Under the pieces are notes generated by a model. The model did not search any database. It saw only the letters and a program-made list of their open reading frames with translations, and was not told the DNA's origin. This document shows, one piece after another, positions 1 to 13,164 of a stretch of 60,000 nucleotides of DNA. Source of the DNA: Malacoraja senta (lineage: Eukaryota); contig CM075988.1 of the NCBI GenBank assembly GCA_038087875.1, forward strand, positions 15,936,001 through 15,996,000, in the 5' to 3' direction. Every line of letters starts with the position of its first letter. The first letter of the stretch is position 1. Made by a program: the position numbers and the translations under genes.

Positions 1-747
1 CACCTACCTAAAACATTTATGAAGCCGCCCAAATTCTATGGTGTAAAATCTGTACCCACTGCTCCAAAGCTCCAATGTCTCACAATTGTATCCCTGTACC
101 AGACAGAGCTCCTGTCCCTCTGTGATACTGTAATAGCTCCGTACCCACGTGCTATACCCTAATGGTATAACTTGTCAGACCTGTACTGTGTTCAAGCAAT
201 GGCAGACTTTTTTTAACCAAGTGTCATAGAGCTAAAAATGTCCTCTTACCATGATGTGAGTTTGGAAGGAGATGATTTGTCATATTTGTTTTAGAACTTA
301 CCCTGCAGGTGGAGCACTTTGTGCATTTTTTTAACTGTGTGAATTCACTGGATCAGCTGCCAGAGTTAAAGTAAAAGAATAAAGGGAGATTCCAAAATGA
401 AGCTGAATGTTTGTGCTGAATGTTGGAGGAGGTTGACTTGAGTGGAGGTCTCCACTGTTGAAGTGTGGGTCATCGTGAGAAATAGTTTTCATGGTTAGGA
501 AGGAACACGAAGAATATTTGAAGATAATCAGACATGGGGCAAGGCTGGAATAAAATAATGTGAGATGAACAAAAATGGTTATATTCTGGCAGATGGTGCT
601 GATTCATAAGAGTATTGCAACAATCTGAATTTGCTCATTTCTAGGGAGTAAATATGCCCAATTAGGGAGTTACTGAGCAGTTTTGCAGTTGCGTTATCTG
701 GGGAATTTTGATTCTCATCAACGTGAAGTACGTGCTCATCAATACAG

Positions 748-868
748 AGAGTCATACAGTGTGAAACACACCCTTTGGCCCAACTTGCCCACACCGACCA
801 ACATACCCCATCCAAACCAGTCCCACTTGCCTGTGTTTGGTCCATATCCCTCTAAACCTTTCCTATCA
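748..868 (-). mobile_element. CR1 LINE 3' end
   Basis: gagtcatacag..ggcccaac..tcccacttgcctgtgtttggtccatatccctctaaacctttcctatc. Confidence 0.7.
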
Positions 869-1345
869 TAGAGTCATAGAGTCTCAAGGAATACAATTTT
901 TTAGGAGTGAGTTCGGGTTTGGCTCGTGTTTCAGGGGCAGTGAAATTTTCCGCCCTGATCTACTCACTCTGTGCTTGATATTCCAATTTTTACGACATCT
1001 TTCCCATGCTTTCTGACTTTGCAGAGTCTATGCAGAACTTGGGGCTGTTTGGCTCCAGTTTCTATCTTCCAGTGTTAAGACTATTCATCTTGATTTATAA
1101 ATGATACTTACAGCTGACTGACCTGAGTAGATCACCTCTTACTGATTGGGCTGCCTAAAACCCAGTTGAGCTAATCCAATGCACCTTAAAGATACATTCT
1201 GCCTTTCATTGTCTGAAAATGGGACTGGGTGTATGAGGGAAGTTCTGAGTGAAAGAACTAATGCTTATTCCACCTCCAAAGACCTGATTGTTCCTGATTG
1301 GTTCCAGAGAGGAACATCGAACACTTCTATACTTAATAACATATA

Positions 1346-1519
1346 GATAGACACAAAATTGTGGAGTCACTCAGCGGGACAGGCGGACAGTCTGAAGAAG
1401 GGTCTTGACCCGAAACGTCACTATTCCTTCTCTCCAGAGATGCTGCCTGTCCCACTGAGTTACTCCAGCAATCTGTGTCTATCTTTGGGGTATAACCAGC
1501 ATCTGCAGCTTCTTCCTAC
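1346..1519 (+). mobile_element. Short Penelope-derived fold-back element with intact hammerhead core
   Basis: Inverted arms tagacacaaaa..ggagtcactcagcgggacaggc / gcctgtcccactgagttactccagc..tgtgtcta enclose agt-CTGAAGA-A-GGGTC-tt-GACCC-GAAA-C-GTC-act (1389-1422). Degenerate TSD acttaataacatata (1331-1345) / acttattaacgtgta (1520-1534). Confidence 0.8.
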
Positions 1520-1579
1520 ACTTATTAACGTGTACCCTGGCTTGAGGTACAGACTTAAATCTAATTGCTAGCTTTTGGG

Positions 1580-1583
<4 letters not shown>

Positions 1584-1609
<26 letters not shown>
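1584..1609. repeat. (TA)n microsatellite
   Basis: Run of about 13 TA units. Confidence 0.9.
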
Positions 1610-1615
<6 letters not shown>

Positions 1616-3359
1616 ACTTGCAAAAGGATAAGATGTCAAAATCTAAATGAGGGATGTTGATGGGATAATATTTGGATAAGATACACCAGAAATGGGTTTT
1701 AGTGACGTATTTAAGAAGCTTGCATGTGGATTAATGGTCCTTGGGATGGGATACACGCTGAGGTCACAGTGAGAGTAACAGGAAAGATGTGATTGCTCTG
1801 GAATTAGTGCAATCGAGATTTGAGGATGTTGCCAGGACTGGAAAATGTAGCTTTGACAGAAGATTAGATAAACTAGAGTTGTATTCCTTGTACTAGTGGC
1901 AGCTGAATGGTGACTTAATGGGATGTATACAATTATGAGCTGCTTATATTGTGTAAATGGGAAGGATCTATTAATCTATTTCCCAAAGCACAGGGTCCGA
2001 AATAGGGATCATAATGTTTTAGATGGGATATAAGGGGCGAAGAGTCATCCATAAAACTCTCACACATAAATTGTTTAATGAAATGGGACATTTGCACACA
2101 GGAAATATCAATGTGATAAATGACCAGGTCGGGTAATGAGTTCTGGGAATGAGGTGTGAGAGGGTGTTACGGTTGAGTTTATAGTAGACAGCGAATAGCC
2201 AAGGGACCATATAAATTGCTCTGATGTTTTTTTAATTAATTTTTATTTGCACAGGTTAGAAATAGGAACTTGTAATATTTTCAAGCGTACTGCAGCGGTA
2301 GGTAAATGATAACAACCTCTACCCCATGTGACAGACGTAGCGTTGAGTTAAATTTAGTTTGGAATTGTAGGCTGTGAGTTCAATTTGTTTGTGCAGGACA
2401 TGGAATTTTGTTTTGACCAGGCTGTAAGCCTGGCCACGGAGGCTAGGTTTTTAATTGGGAAAATTATTAATCTGAGCTTGGTTACGAGCCCAGGTCTCAT
2501 CTGATTTTCTAGGGTTCATGCATCCACAAATTCTGTTCCAGAGTATAAGAGCCAGCTTTTCATTTTGTTAATGGGTCACTTAACACTGGTGTCGAGTGAC
2601 CATTTGCCATTGCGGAGCTGCAGTTTTAGCAACGTTTGGTTTAAAACAAAATTCTGGATCAAGTTGCAGGAGAGAGAACGAGTGAATCACTCAGTGACTG
2701 AATGACAGTGTGAGAGGAGACGGTGGGAGGGGAACGGGGCCTCAAGCAGATCAAATCCTGATCTCAATTCCAGCTCGATGGACAATCTTTGCACAGCTGA
2801 ACATTTCAGATTCTTCGGGCAGATTTGAACTAAGATTGCAGAGACGGAATAAAGCAGTAAGTGGGAAAACCTACAGTTTTGTTTTCAAACCTTGTATGAC
2901 TGCACAGAAGCAGGATTAATGTAGCACTCTAAAATAGTGATGGAACTTAATTCCCTTCAGCATAGGTGCACGAGAAGTGAAAGAGATTAGGCATGCACAA
3001 TCGATGGGGTTAGGGTGTGTACGGGCATGGCTAAGGTGTGCAGGGATAGGCTGGGTGTGCCTGTGTAGGCGGTGTGTGTGTGCTCATATGTGGATGAGTG
3101 CATCTGGGATATGAAGGTATTTGGGGGAGGAGTATGGGCATGTCTACTTGAATGTTGTAAAAGGCCTCCATGTGTAGGAGGCAGAAAGATAACCTTATAG
3201 GGGTGTATACAATCTGGAAGGGAATATAACAAATAAATGAATGCCACTTCTTCCTCCTAACACAGCAGACCCTTGGGTTTGTTTTATTATTAATACCAAT
3301 GGATGTTTTGTGAATCATGGGGGAGAGGGATTAATTACAAAAGGGACTGGGTTTCCTCT

Positions 3360-4623
3360 GCGCCTTCCTCCCTCGCAACATGGACCCGCTCAGTTCGCAT
3401 TACCGTCCGAACAGATCCACGGACGATGCGGTCGCCCAGGTTCTGCACACCGCTCTCCTCACCTTGACAGCCAGAAGGGGGGCTATGTGAGGGTGCTGTT
3501 CATTGACTTCAGTTCAGCCTTCAACACGATAGTCCCCACCAGACCTCCTGAGAAGCTGCTGGAATTGGGGCTTAACACCCCCCTGTGTGCCTGGGTCCTG
3601 GACTTTCTCCAGGTAGTCAAGATGGGAGGAAATACATCAAAGACCCTCACCCTGAGCACAGGATCCCCCCAGGATTACGTCCTCAGCCCCCTACTGTACT
3701 CTCTGTACACAAATGATTGTGTGGCTAGGTTCAGCTCCAATCTGTAATCAAGTTTGCTGATCACACTGTGGTGGTGGGCCTGATCACCGAAAATAATGAG
3801 AAGGCCTACCGGGAAGAGGTGGCTGATCTGGCACTCTGATGTCAGGACAACAGCCTCCTTGAATGTCAAAAAAACGAAGGAGCTGATCGTGGACGTTAGG
3901 AGGACACAACATCCGAGGATGTACACGCCACTGAAGATAAATGGGGATACTGTGGATAGGGTGAGCTGCTTTAAATACCTGGGAGTCCACATCTCAGAGG
4001 ATCTGACATGGACATCACACGCTGCCGCACTGGTGTGTAAGGCAAGGCAACGCCTTTACCACCTCAGGCAGCTGAGGAAATTCAGAGTCTCTCTGAGAAT
4101 CCTCCAGTGCTTCTACTCAGCGGCTGTAGAAAGCATCTTGTCCGGAAACATCACAATCTGGTTTGGGAACTGCTCTGCCCAGGACAAGAAGGCTCTGCAA
4201 AGAGTAGTGCGTTCGGCCGAACGCACTATGGGAACTACACTCGCCTCACTGCAGGAACTATACATCAGAAGGTGTAGATCCAGAGCCAGCAACATTATGG
4301 GGGACCCCTTCCACCCCAGCTGCTACGGTCAGGCAAACGCCTCCGCTGTCATGCTGTGGAAACAGAGAGGATGAGAAGGAGTTTCTTCCCAGAGGCCATT
4401 AGGACTGTAAACTCTTATCTCACCAGGGACTAACTTACTGTACCAATTTACTGTTGTGTTGTGTCTTTTTAAAATTGCTGTTTTTTTCTATCAAATATGT
4501 AATTACTGATTCTGTTCTGTTTTGTAGGGGTTTTTTTGCACAATCCGCAAGCATTGCCACTTTTCATTTCACTGCACATCTCGTGTGCGTATGTGACAAA
4601 TAAACTTGACTTGACTCGACTTG
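3360..4623 (+). mobile_element. Rex1/Babar-type LINE, 5'-truncated and frameshifted RT plus C-terminal domain
   Basis: [81 protein letters not shown]. 3' end aataaa(cttga)n at ~4599-4623. Confidence 0.9.
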
Positions 4624-4649
4624 TTAAGAGTAGCTCTCTCTTTGAGTCA

Positions 4650-5580
4650 GAGTCAAGTCAAGTCAAGTCACATTTATTTATATAGCACATTTAAAAAACA
4701 ACTCTCGTTGGCCAAAGTGCTTTACATTTGTTATAAGAATAGCACAAAACAAACAAACTACATACATATATACATGTAGCCCTCACTCAGAGAACGTCTG
4801 GAAAGGCTTGGGAGTATAGATAAGTCTTTAGTCTTGACTTAAAAGAGTCGATGGAGGGGGCAGTTCTGATGGGAAAGGGGATGCTGTTCCACAGTCTAAG
4901 GGCTGCAACCGCAAAGGCGCGGTCGCCCCTGAGCTTATGCCTAGACCGTGGGATATTCAGCAACCCCAAATCGGCTGATCTGAGGGGCCTGGAGGTGGAG
5001 TGGTGGGTGAGAAGACTTTTTATGTAGGTGGGGGCAAGCCCATTGAGGGCTTTGTAGACATAGAGGAGGATCTTGAAGTTTATACGGAACCGCACAGGGA
5101 GCCAATGGAGAGAGGCCAGGATCGGGGTGATGTGGTCCCTTTTTCGGGTGCCCGTCAGGAGTCTCGCTGCGGCGTTTTGGACCAGTTGCAGGCGGGACAG
5201 GGAAGATTGGCTGATGCCAGTGTAAAGGGAGTTGCAGTAATCTAGGCGGGAGGAGATGAATGTGTGGATGATCTTTTCGAGGTCATCAAACTGGAGGAAT
5301 TGTTTTATTTTAGCTATCGTCCGAAGCTGAAAGAAGCTAGCTTTTACCACGGCATTGACTTGTTTGTCAAATTTCAGTGCTGAGTCAAATATCACGCCAA
5401 GGTTTTTGACGTGAGGTTTGAGTAGTGGGGTAAGGCTTCCAAGGCTGCCTGCTATCATTTTGATTGAGTCCGAGGGGCCGAGAAAGATGACCTCAGACTT
5501 ACTCTCGTTTAGTTGGAGGAAGTTCTGGGCCATCCAACACTTTATATCCTCGAGGCAGTGGGTTAGGTTAAACAGATTTA
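4650..5580 (-). mobile_element. L2-clade LINE, 5'-truncated, with uninterrupted C-terminal ORF (4787-5533)
   Basis: WMAQNFLQLNESKSEV, VKNLGVIFDS, SSRLDYCNSL, LQLVQNAAARLLT, HITPILASLHWLPV, GDRAFAVAA..LWN. 3' tail (ttgac)n. Confidence 0.92.
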
Positions 5581-6217
5581 AAGAGAGATCTTATGGAGTT
5601 CAAATCCCAATTCTAGATTTGGGCGCAAGGTCTAGGCTTTTGCTCAGAATATAGCACTTGTGAGGTATGATACTCATATGATGTTAAAACCATCTCTCCG
5701 ATGGGTGTAATATAAATGTTTCCAGATTACAACTAGTACTATGTGCCAGTCATAGTCATACGGCATTGAAACAGGCCCTTTGACCCAACTCGTGCACACC
5801 GATCAAGATACGCCATCTGCCCTTGTTCCACCTGTCCACTTCTGGCCCATATCTCTCTACACCTTTCCTATCTGTGTACCTGTCAAAATGTGTTTTATAT
5901 GTTGTTATAGTAGCTGCCTCAACTATCTCCTACAGCAGCTCATTTCATTCACCCATCACGTAGTGATTCCAGAAATCCAGAAAATGGATGCATGTGTGAA
6001 GGGAAGGTTTTAAATTTTTGGGGAACTAAAATTGTCTCTGAGGGATGTCGAACCCCCCCCCCCCCCCCCCCACACACACAAGCTAGGCAGGTGGCATCTT
6101 AGCAGAAGAACAACCAATATCATCACTGAATGGCAGGGGATGGATTGCATGTGCTTATGGTAAGGATTTAAACCAACTTGGCAAGGACAATGGGAGCCTG
6201 AGGTTAAAATCAGAAGA

Positions 6218-6312
6218 CAGACACAAAGTGCTGGAGTAGCTCAGCAGAACAGGCAGCATCTCTGGAGAGAAGAGATGGGTGACATTTCAGATCGAGACCC
6301 TTCTTCAGACCC
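6218..6312 (-). mobile_element. Penelope-derived short element with hammerhead motif
   Basis: Reverse complement of 6277-6312 reads GGGT-CTGAAGA-A-GGGTC-tc-GATCT-GAAA-T-GTC-ACCC, followed by the family's 3' tail. Confidence 0.75.
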
Positions 6313-7028
6313 TTTGATTGAAGAAGCGTTTCTCTGGAATGGATTAGAGATAACATAACGGGTCATTCAAATACCAATGACACCACTTTAAAGGCACATC
6401 TCCAAAATAAGTTTCTCAAGTCAAGTCCTGTGCTTGCCTGGAAAAGGCAATTGACTGGATAATTATTCAAACCCCCAGATATGCGCTTGAATTCCATTTA
6501 TTATTAGAGAAAATTGAATTAAAGTATACTAGGATTGAACAAAACGATTAAAACAACACAAAATGTGTATTCTTAAGAGCTGAAAGTGAAAAGGAAAATA
6601 TGTTATTAATTAGATCACTTTTAATCCTATGTTATCTCCATTTCCTCCTTTTAGTTTTTAAGATTATCCAATTATTGTATAATATTCTGATGCACTTTCA
6701 TGGATATTGACACAACTAGAAGTTGTTGCAGAATGAAATGTCAATGAAGTGTTCAGGTTAATCTCATGGTATTAAAACTCTAAAACTAACCAGGCTGTCT
6801 GCATAGCATAACATCCTATTTGTGCTTTTGCATGAGAGATACAGAACCAACCATAACAAATTAATACTTTGATAGTTTCCAATTCAATAGCATTAACATA
6901 AACATGGACCAAATTTCTGTGATTTCCAAATGCTAAGCTATCATGATACATTTCTGAAGAGCTGATATATTCTCGGGGGGATTGGACATGCTCCTTTGAG
7001 CAAACAGCTGGAAAGATGTACTGTATAT

Positions 7029-7106
7029 GAGCTGCCTCACCCGCTGAGTTTCTCTAGCATTTTTGTCTACCTTCGATTTTCCAGCATCTGCAGTCCTTCT
7101 TAAACA
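7029..7106 (+). mobile_element. Penelope-derived short element, 3' part only
   Basis: gctgcctcacccgctgagtttctctagcatttttgtctacc..ccagcatctgcag. Flanked by actgtatat at 7020-7028 and 7107-7115. Confidence 0.7.
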
Positions 7107-7953
7107 ACTGTATATTAAACAATCATCTTATGCAGCCTTTGTTGCCCATAGCACACGATTTGATACAATTTTACAGAGTTGTATGGCCATTAACTTTTAA
7201 GTTAAATACTGCATGGGTGAGTTTGTATATAATCTACAAGTATTGGGGATGTAATTTTGTTGAAATAATCTTTTACAGTGTGAATGTAATAGGATTGAGG
7301 CAAGTATATGGATAGATTATAGAGTAGGGAATAATTCTGCAGCCGTGCTTGCTGCTTTATGTAGGTTGGCGATGTTTTGCCTTGAATACGCTTTTCAAAT
7401 AGTTGACATGCTTATAAATTATCTGTATTATCAGGTATAAACAAGCAAAAGGATCAACATGTGAATGGTGAGATGCAAGATTTGTGGTCAAAGAATTTTA
7501 AATAGAGATAGTGTTTGGACAATTTCACTTCATACCTTTATTGTTTATAATGATCAAATGATAGTTTGGACTAATTTACCTTTGCTAGTCCACAGAACCT
7601 CTGTGGATTTGTCACAAACTGAGAAATTATTTTATTTGATGCATATAGCTGGCACCTTTGCGCAGTTTCTGTATATATTTCACATATTGTCAGTGTGAAG
7701 TGTGAACTAGTTTGCATTAAATGTGCAAACAGTTCCTTTCAGTAAAACCAATTTTGTAGCCTGTCAGTTCTTATAGCAACTAGCTTTATGACCCATTTAG
7801 GGAGGAGGATGTAGGAGGTAAATAATTATATTAGACTGTTTAGAATTTTTATGTTTTTGCAATGGACTGATGTTTTACAAGTAATTGATTTTTCTTCAAG
7901 CTCTGTTGGTATTGAATTATCCCTGTGGAAGAGATAGTGATAACCCACTATCT

Positions 7954-8264
7954 GGGCTGCATGGTGGCATAGCGGTAGAGCTACTGCCTTACAGCGCCAA
8001 AGACCCGGGTTCGATCCTGACTACAGGTACTGTCTGTCCGTAGTTTGTGGGTTCTCCCCATGACCTATGTGGGTATTCTCCGAGATCGTCGTTTTTCTCC
8101 CACACTCCAAAGACATACAGGTTTGTAGGTTAATTGGCTTGGTATAAATGTTTAAAAAATTGTCCCCAGTGTGTGTAGAGTAGTGTTAATGTGCTGGGAT
8201 CACTGGTTGGTGCGGACTCAGTGGGAAGAAGGGCCTGTTTCCACAGTGTAATTCTGAACTAAAC
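7954..8264 (+). mobile_element. tRNA-derived V-SINE (HE1-like), near full length
   Basis: A box tggcatagcggt, B box ggttcgatcc, V-domain-like gttctcccc..tcccacactccaaagac, CR1-derived tail gggcctgtttcc..aactaaac. Confidence 0.85.
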
Positions 8265-8307
8265 CCCAATCCTACCACGCAACACCTCAGAAGCTAGATC
8301 ATCAAAG

Positions 8308-8430
8308 TAGGTCTGAAGAAGGCTCTCAACCCTGGACATCACCTATCCATGTTCTAGATGCTGCCTGACCTGTTGATTTACTCCAGCACTTTGTGTCCTT
8401 CTATGTATTAACCAGTATGTACAGTTTCTA
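8308..8430 (+). mobile_element. Penelope-derived short element, degenerate hammerhead
   Basis: aggtCTGAAGAaggctctcaaccctggacatcacct (GAAA lost), followed by the gatgctgcctgacc..ttactccagcactttgtgtc tail. Confidence 0.65.
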
Positions 8431-11400
8431 GATTGTCCCATTCCTCCCCACAGCACCCCCAGAGTTATACGTTGTGAATCATATAAAGAGTTAATCTCCC
8501 ACCATTCTTTTGTGTTGTTGGAGGTACATATTGTGAGGTACTTTACTGCAGGAGTTCACAGTGTGTGAAGTACCTTCCTGGTGTTATGGATGGTGTGCAT
8601 ATGTAGTATTCTGGGGTACTCATGGTAGATGGGCCATTTAAGGAGACCTGCATTCTGCAGTAATACCAAGGCCATATGCAAATACAAAAATACTTTACTT
8701 TTGTCATTACTGAAGCTACATTTTGTTATCTCCTTAATTGTCTGGTGGACCTGCATTTGGTCTTCAGTGAAGTGTATAAGCAAACCCAGTCCCAATCCCA
8801 AACCCAATCAACACTACCCAATCTCTCACTGGTTAGCAAATCCTCTGCTTTTCTGTTATGTTCACCAAAGTGGATGACATCATGTTTTTTTTACATTGTA
8901 TTCCATCTGCTATTTTCTTGCCCACATACCCAGCTTTTTGGTATCCCAATGAAGCCTCTTTACGCATTCCTCTGTACTCACGCTTCCGCCTAGTTAAATA
9001 TTTACAGCAAACTTAGCAATAAGATATTTGAGCACCTCAGCCACATTTTTGGTATAGATTGGGAATAGGCACAAAAAATGATTTCTATATGCCTGTCAAC
9101 CTAAGAAGGATCTGCTTATTCCCATTCCTTTGCTTCATGTGCAATACTGAATTCTCTTTCCATGTCCATACATTAACCCCGATTCAATGTACTCTAACCT
9201 TGTTGACTAGCCTCCTGTGTGGAACTTGATCGATAGGGTTACAAACCGGCACTGATTCCATTTTATCATTCTCTTTGTCCCTCCCTTTCTTCCTCCTTTC
9301 TTAAAGGGTGTGGTCATTAAACAAGAACAATTGCTCAACCTTTTGAATCCTGGAAGATGACAACCAGAGTCTCTGTCAAAACCTTATAATCATCATGGAT
9401 AACTTTTCTATATTGCAAGCCAACTATCCCCACCCATCTGAGAATGGATTGATTGTTTCAATTTGCAAAGATGCACCCCAGTTAACCCAAACCTTTCTGG
9501 CCTGACTTTAATTTCTTCCTAACCTCGAGGTTATTTCCATTATATTCGAAACATCCAAATGCCTCTTAAAATATTATTTTGTGCTGATGTCTCTCCACTC
9601 TCTCTATGGAATATTCATACTTTCTTAGGGTGTGAGTTATGCATGCATACCAGGGGAGTGGTTGCCTGTAGCTATGTGACATGATGACAAGACATAGTAA
9701 TGTGGATGCATGGAGGAATTTCCTTGCTAACTTTTGGCTCCAATCCGGTCTTTGGACATTGTAGTCTGGGAACTGAATCAATGGGAGTGGCCTTAAACAT
9801 AATTGCTCGCTACTGCTCGTCTATTTCTGAGGCGGACTTGTTTCTACACCTCAGAAGCAACTAAACTGAATTAGTAACTCCAGACAGACGATGAGCATAC
9901 ATTCATGTGGCAACACCATGGGTGCCTCCAATATCCTTGGCTCAAATTGGTCTGTTCTCAATCTAACTGGATGTCCTCGATCATATAACCGTGAGCTGTT
10001 TTCTGTTTTGCTCGGGGAGGGCTGGGCGATGTTCAGCCAGAACATTAGACATTTGCCAGGCACTGAAATGTTGAAGGTGGGGTGGGGGGGAGGGGGAGTT
10101 GGTGGTAGATACATGGGAGCAGTGGCATAGAAGTGAAGGTAAATGATTTGAATGCATGGTTTCAAATTCCAGCTTGGTTGCTGGGGAATTAAAGTTCAGA
10201 TTCGTAAAATATTCATGACTTTTAAAACAGAAATTAGCCACTTGGTGACTATGATGCTTGCTGCAAAACTATCTGGTTTACTCTAATTTCCTTAATAGAA
10301 GGGAGTCTGTATCCCTTACATGGTTTTGCTCATCTATGACTCCAGACCCACAACATTCTGGTTACGTCGTAACTGGCTTAGCAAGCAAGTTGTGTCAAAT
10401 ATTTCCATGTTAAAACATAACAAGAAAACTGAGCAGATCACGTGGCATTGACCTGGTCACCAGATTAGCACAGGGCAAAGACATTCCCAATCCAATCAAT
10501 CGCAGAAGTAGTTCATGTGAATATCTGGGAATTGGTGTTCGCATTTGGAGAGCTACCTCACAGACTGTCTTTTAACCTCTCACCGTGGTCTCTGGGAACC
10601 TCTGTCATATCCAGTAAGGCAGGTCCATTAGTTATGGTAGCAGATAAGTATTTAGTTGCAAAGGAATGGCCCTGCAAATCCTAATTTAGCATTGCCTCTG
10701 GACCCCATGATAACCTATGGCATCAATGAATCCCATTTTCATCCTTATTGGACAACACTTGAAAGCAGCACTGAAAATGGGACACCATTGTCCTGTGTTG
10801 GGGATTCACTGTTTATTGTCAAGAGTAGGTTGGTAACACTGACATTGATAGATCTGAAATATTTAGCTTCTAAACTGTGTTTGTGGCAGGTGATGAGATC
10901 TAAACAAGGACCTCGCCCTTGCCAATTCATGTTGTAAATGCTTTTGTTCCTGGTCTCTGTGTGTACTGTCTGCAAAATGCACTGCAAATATTCAGCAGGA
11001 GTATATAGCACCTCACAAACCACTGGAGAACCTTGTATGAGGTCCTATAAACCTATGATTTCATAATGTTGAAGGGCAAAGGCAGCAGTCTCATTTGAAT
11101 GGTCTAATTTGTAAGTTCTACTCCTAGTCATACGGACATGTCAAAAGGCATTTCTAACATGGCCAATAAAAAGTTGTGGAAATTTTCTCTAGCCTGAACA
11201 CCTGAAAAAGCTGCCGAGGTTGAAAATGGCTGATTTTCAAATATCGTTAATTAAGGATATTCAGGGTACTGAACTCAGGCTGGAAGATGATCACCCTGGC
11301 TCTAATTTACTCCTTTCCATTGTTCTTGGAAAAAAATCAAATTGTTGCTCTAAAGCCAGGAGAAAGTTGAGACCGGCGAGAGTTTGTAGTTTAATTAATA

Positions 11401-13164
11401 TTTCAAAAGACATTGATGCTCTGTATTGTACAGATTGCCTTTGAGAATTTAACCGGAATTTCGCTATTAGGATTGCGTCATTGCTGGTGAGAATTGAATA
11501 AATAAATATGGGCAATCCTCATTAGGACTATATGGAAAAGATTGACTGATTTCAAATATCTGCCTTGTTGAATGTTAACCTATACAAATGGTGACTGAGT
11601 ATTGGGAATGTCTGACTGTATGTTTGATTTGGGAGTATTGGTTCGATGTTTTATAACAAGTTATGGGGCAAGTATATTATTCTGTGCAAATCTCAAGAAA
11701 AGAGAGAAACCCGTGATTTTATTAGCAAACTCTGGCAGTCTGCCACACATTTCTTCTTCATGTGGCCGAGTGCAAATGGTGACTGGAAACTGAATAACCG
11801 GCTGTTGCCAAGTGCTAGTTGTTTCCCCTGGAACCTGCTCCTGGTGGTTAGTGCCACACTGAATGGCCTCATCTCATTTTGAATTCCTTATCAGGAAATG
11901 AAGGGGAAGAGGATAATTTTAGATTCGCATTCCTTTTTACTGTGTTGAGATAGCTAAGCCCTGGTTAACTTTTTTCTATTTAGCCAGCTGGGTCTAATGT
12001 AACCTAGAATCAGCCAGAACGACCAGAGCTGGAAACATGGAGCAGTAGAGAGAGGGACAAAACTACCCTTTAAACTAAATGCTGCAGTTCTAACCGCAAC
12101 TCCAGGTGATATCACTGCTGTGGCATGTGCTTGTCATCTGAACTCTTGCGTTTGAATTCCTGTGTCCATATTACGAGGGGGTCAGCAACAGAAAAATGTT
12201 CACCCGTGAATATGCAGTTGCTGCTGAAAACTCTGGTCGTCGAGGATCCAAGATGGCAAAGTCTCTTTACTTCCTTTTATGTTTCATGGATTCTAGCATT
12301 GGAATGATCAAGAATTTAGAATAATTTAGAGTTGGTGAGTTTATGTTGTGCTGTTTATGTTGTGAAACAGAGTCATAATTTAATTCAGAATGAATGATTT
12401 CATACATGTTCTATGGTAAAATGTTCCCCCATATTACCTTGGGAAAACATTTAAAATATCCCTCTAATTCTGACAAGGGCCTATTTTTCTGTTCATGAGT
12501 TAGCTTTAAGTTTTGACTTTTTAAATTCTCCATGGTTCAAATTATGGTCGTGACAGGCATTAGTTCTGCAAAATATATTTTGCTTGATGCACTTGCATGT
12601 AGTTGGACAATGTTGTTATCAGTTGATGTAACACATTAATTTAGAAATCTTTTAACTTGAATTCAAATTTGTTACATCTTTTATTAGAAGCTTATTATAG
12701 CATGGATGTAATCTGCTTATGTTTGTACTTCTTGAGACAGATTTTCTTCCCATTTTGAGATATTGTGATCTGAGGTAAGGTCTGCACATACGTTGATACC
12801 TCTGAGGAACTGATCGTCTTTTTTAGTTTTAAGTTACATTCAAGGTGGATCAGAGAACAGCAAGATGTTGGCGCTGGAAAATAGATCATTTCCTATCTTT
12901 AGCATTCTGTGCCAGCATCAAACAGACATGGAGAAAGGCTGCTTGTGTGCCTCACCCTCAACCTCAGAATTGCTCTTCGAACACTATTAAGTCAACTCTG
13001 CCATTCAATCATGGCTGATCTATCTCCCTCCCAACCCCATTCTCCTGCCTTCTCCCTATAACCTCTGACACCCTGTACTAAACAAGAATCTATCCATCTC
13101 TGCCGTAAAAATATCCACTGACTTGGCCTCCACAGCCTTCTGGGTACTAGCTACAAGGAGATTT

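Noticed and set aside
7954..8030. tRNA-like sequence with A and B boxes (also at 19.3, 27.9 and 38.2 kb)
   Set aside because: It is the head of a V-SINE, continuing into the V domain and a CR1-type tail, and does not form a complete cloverleaf.
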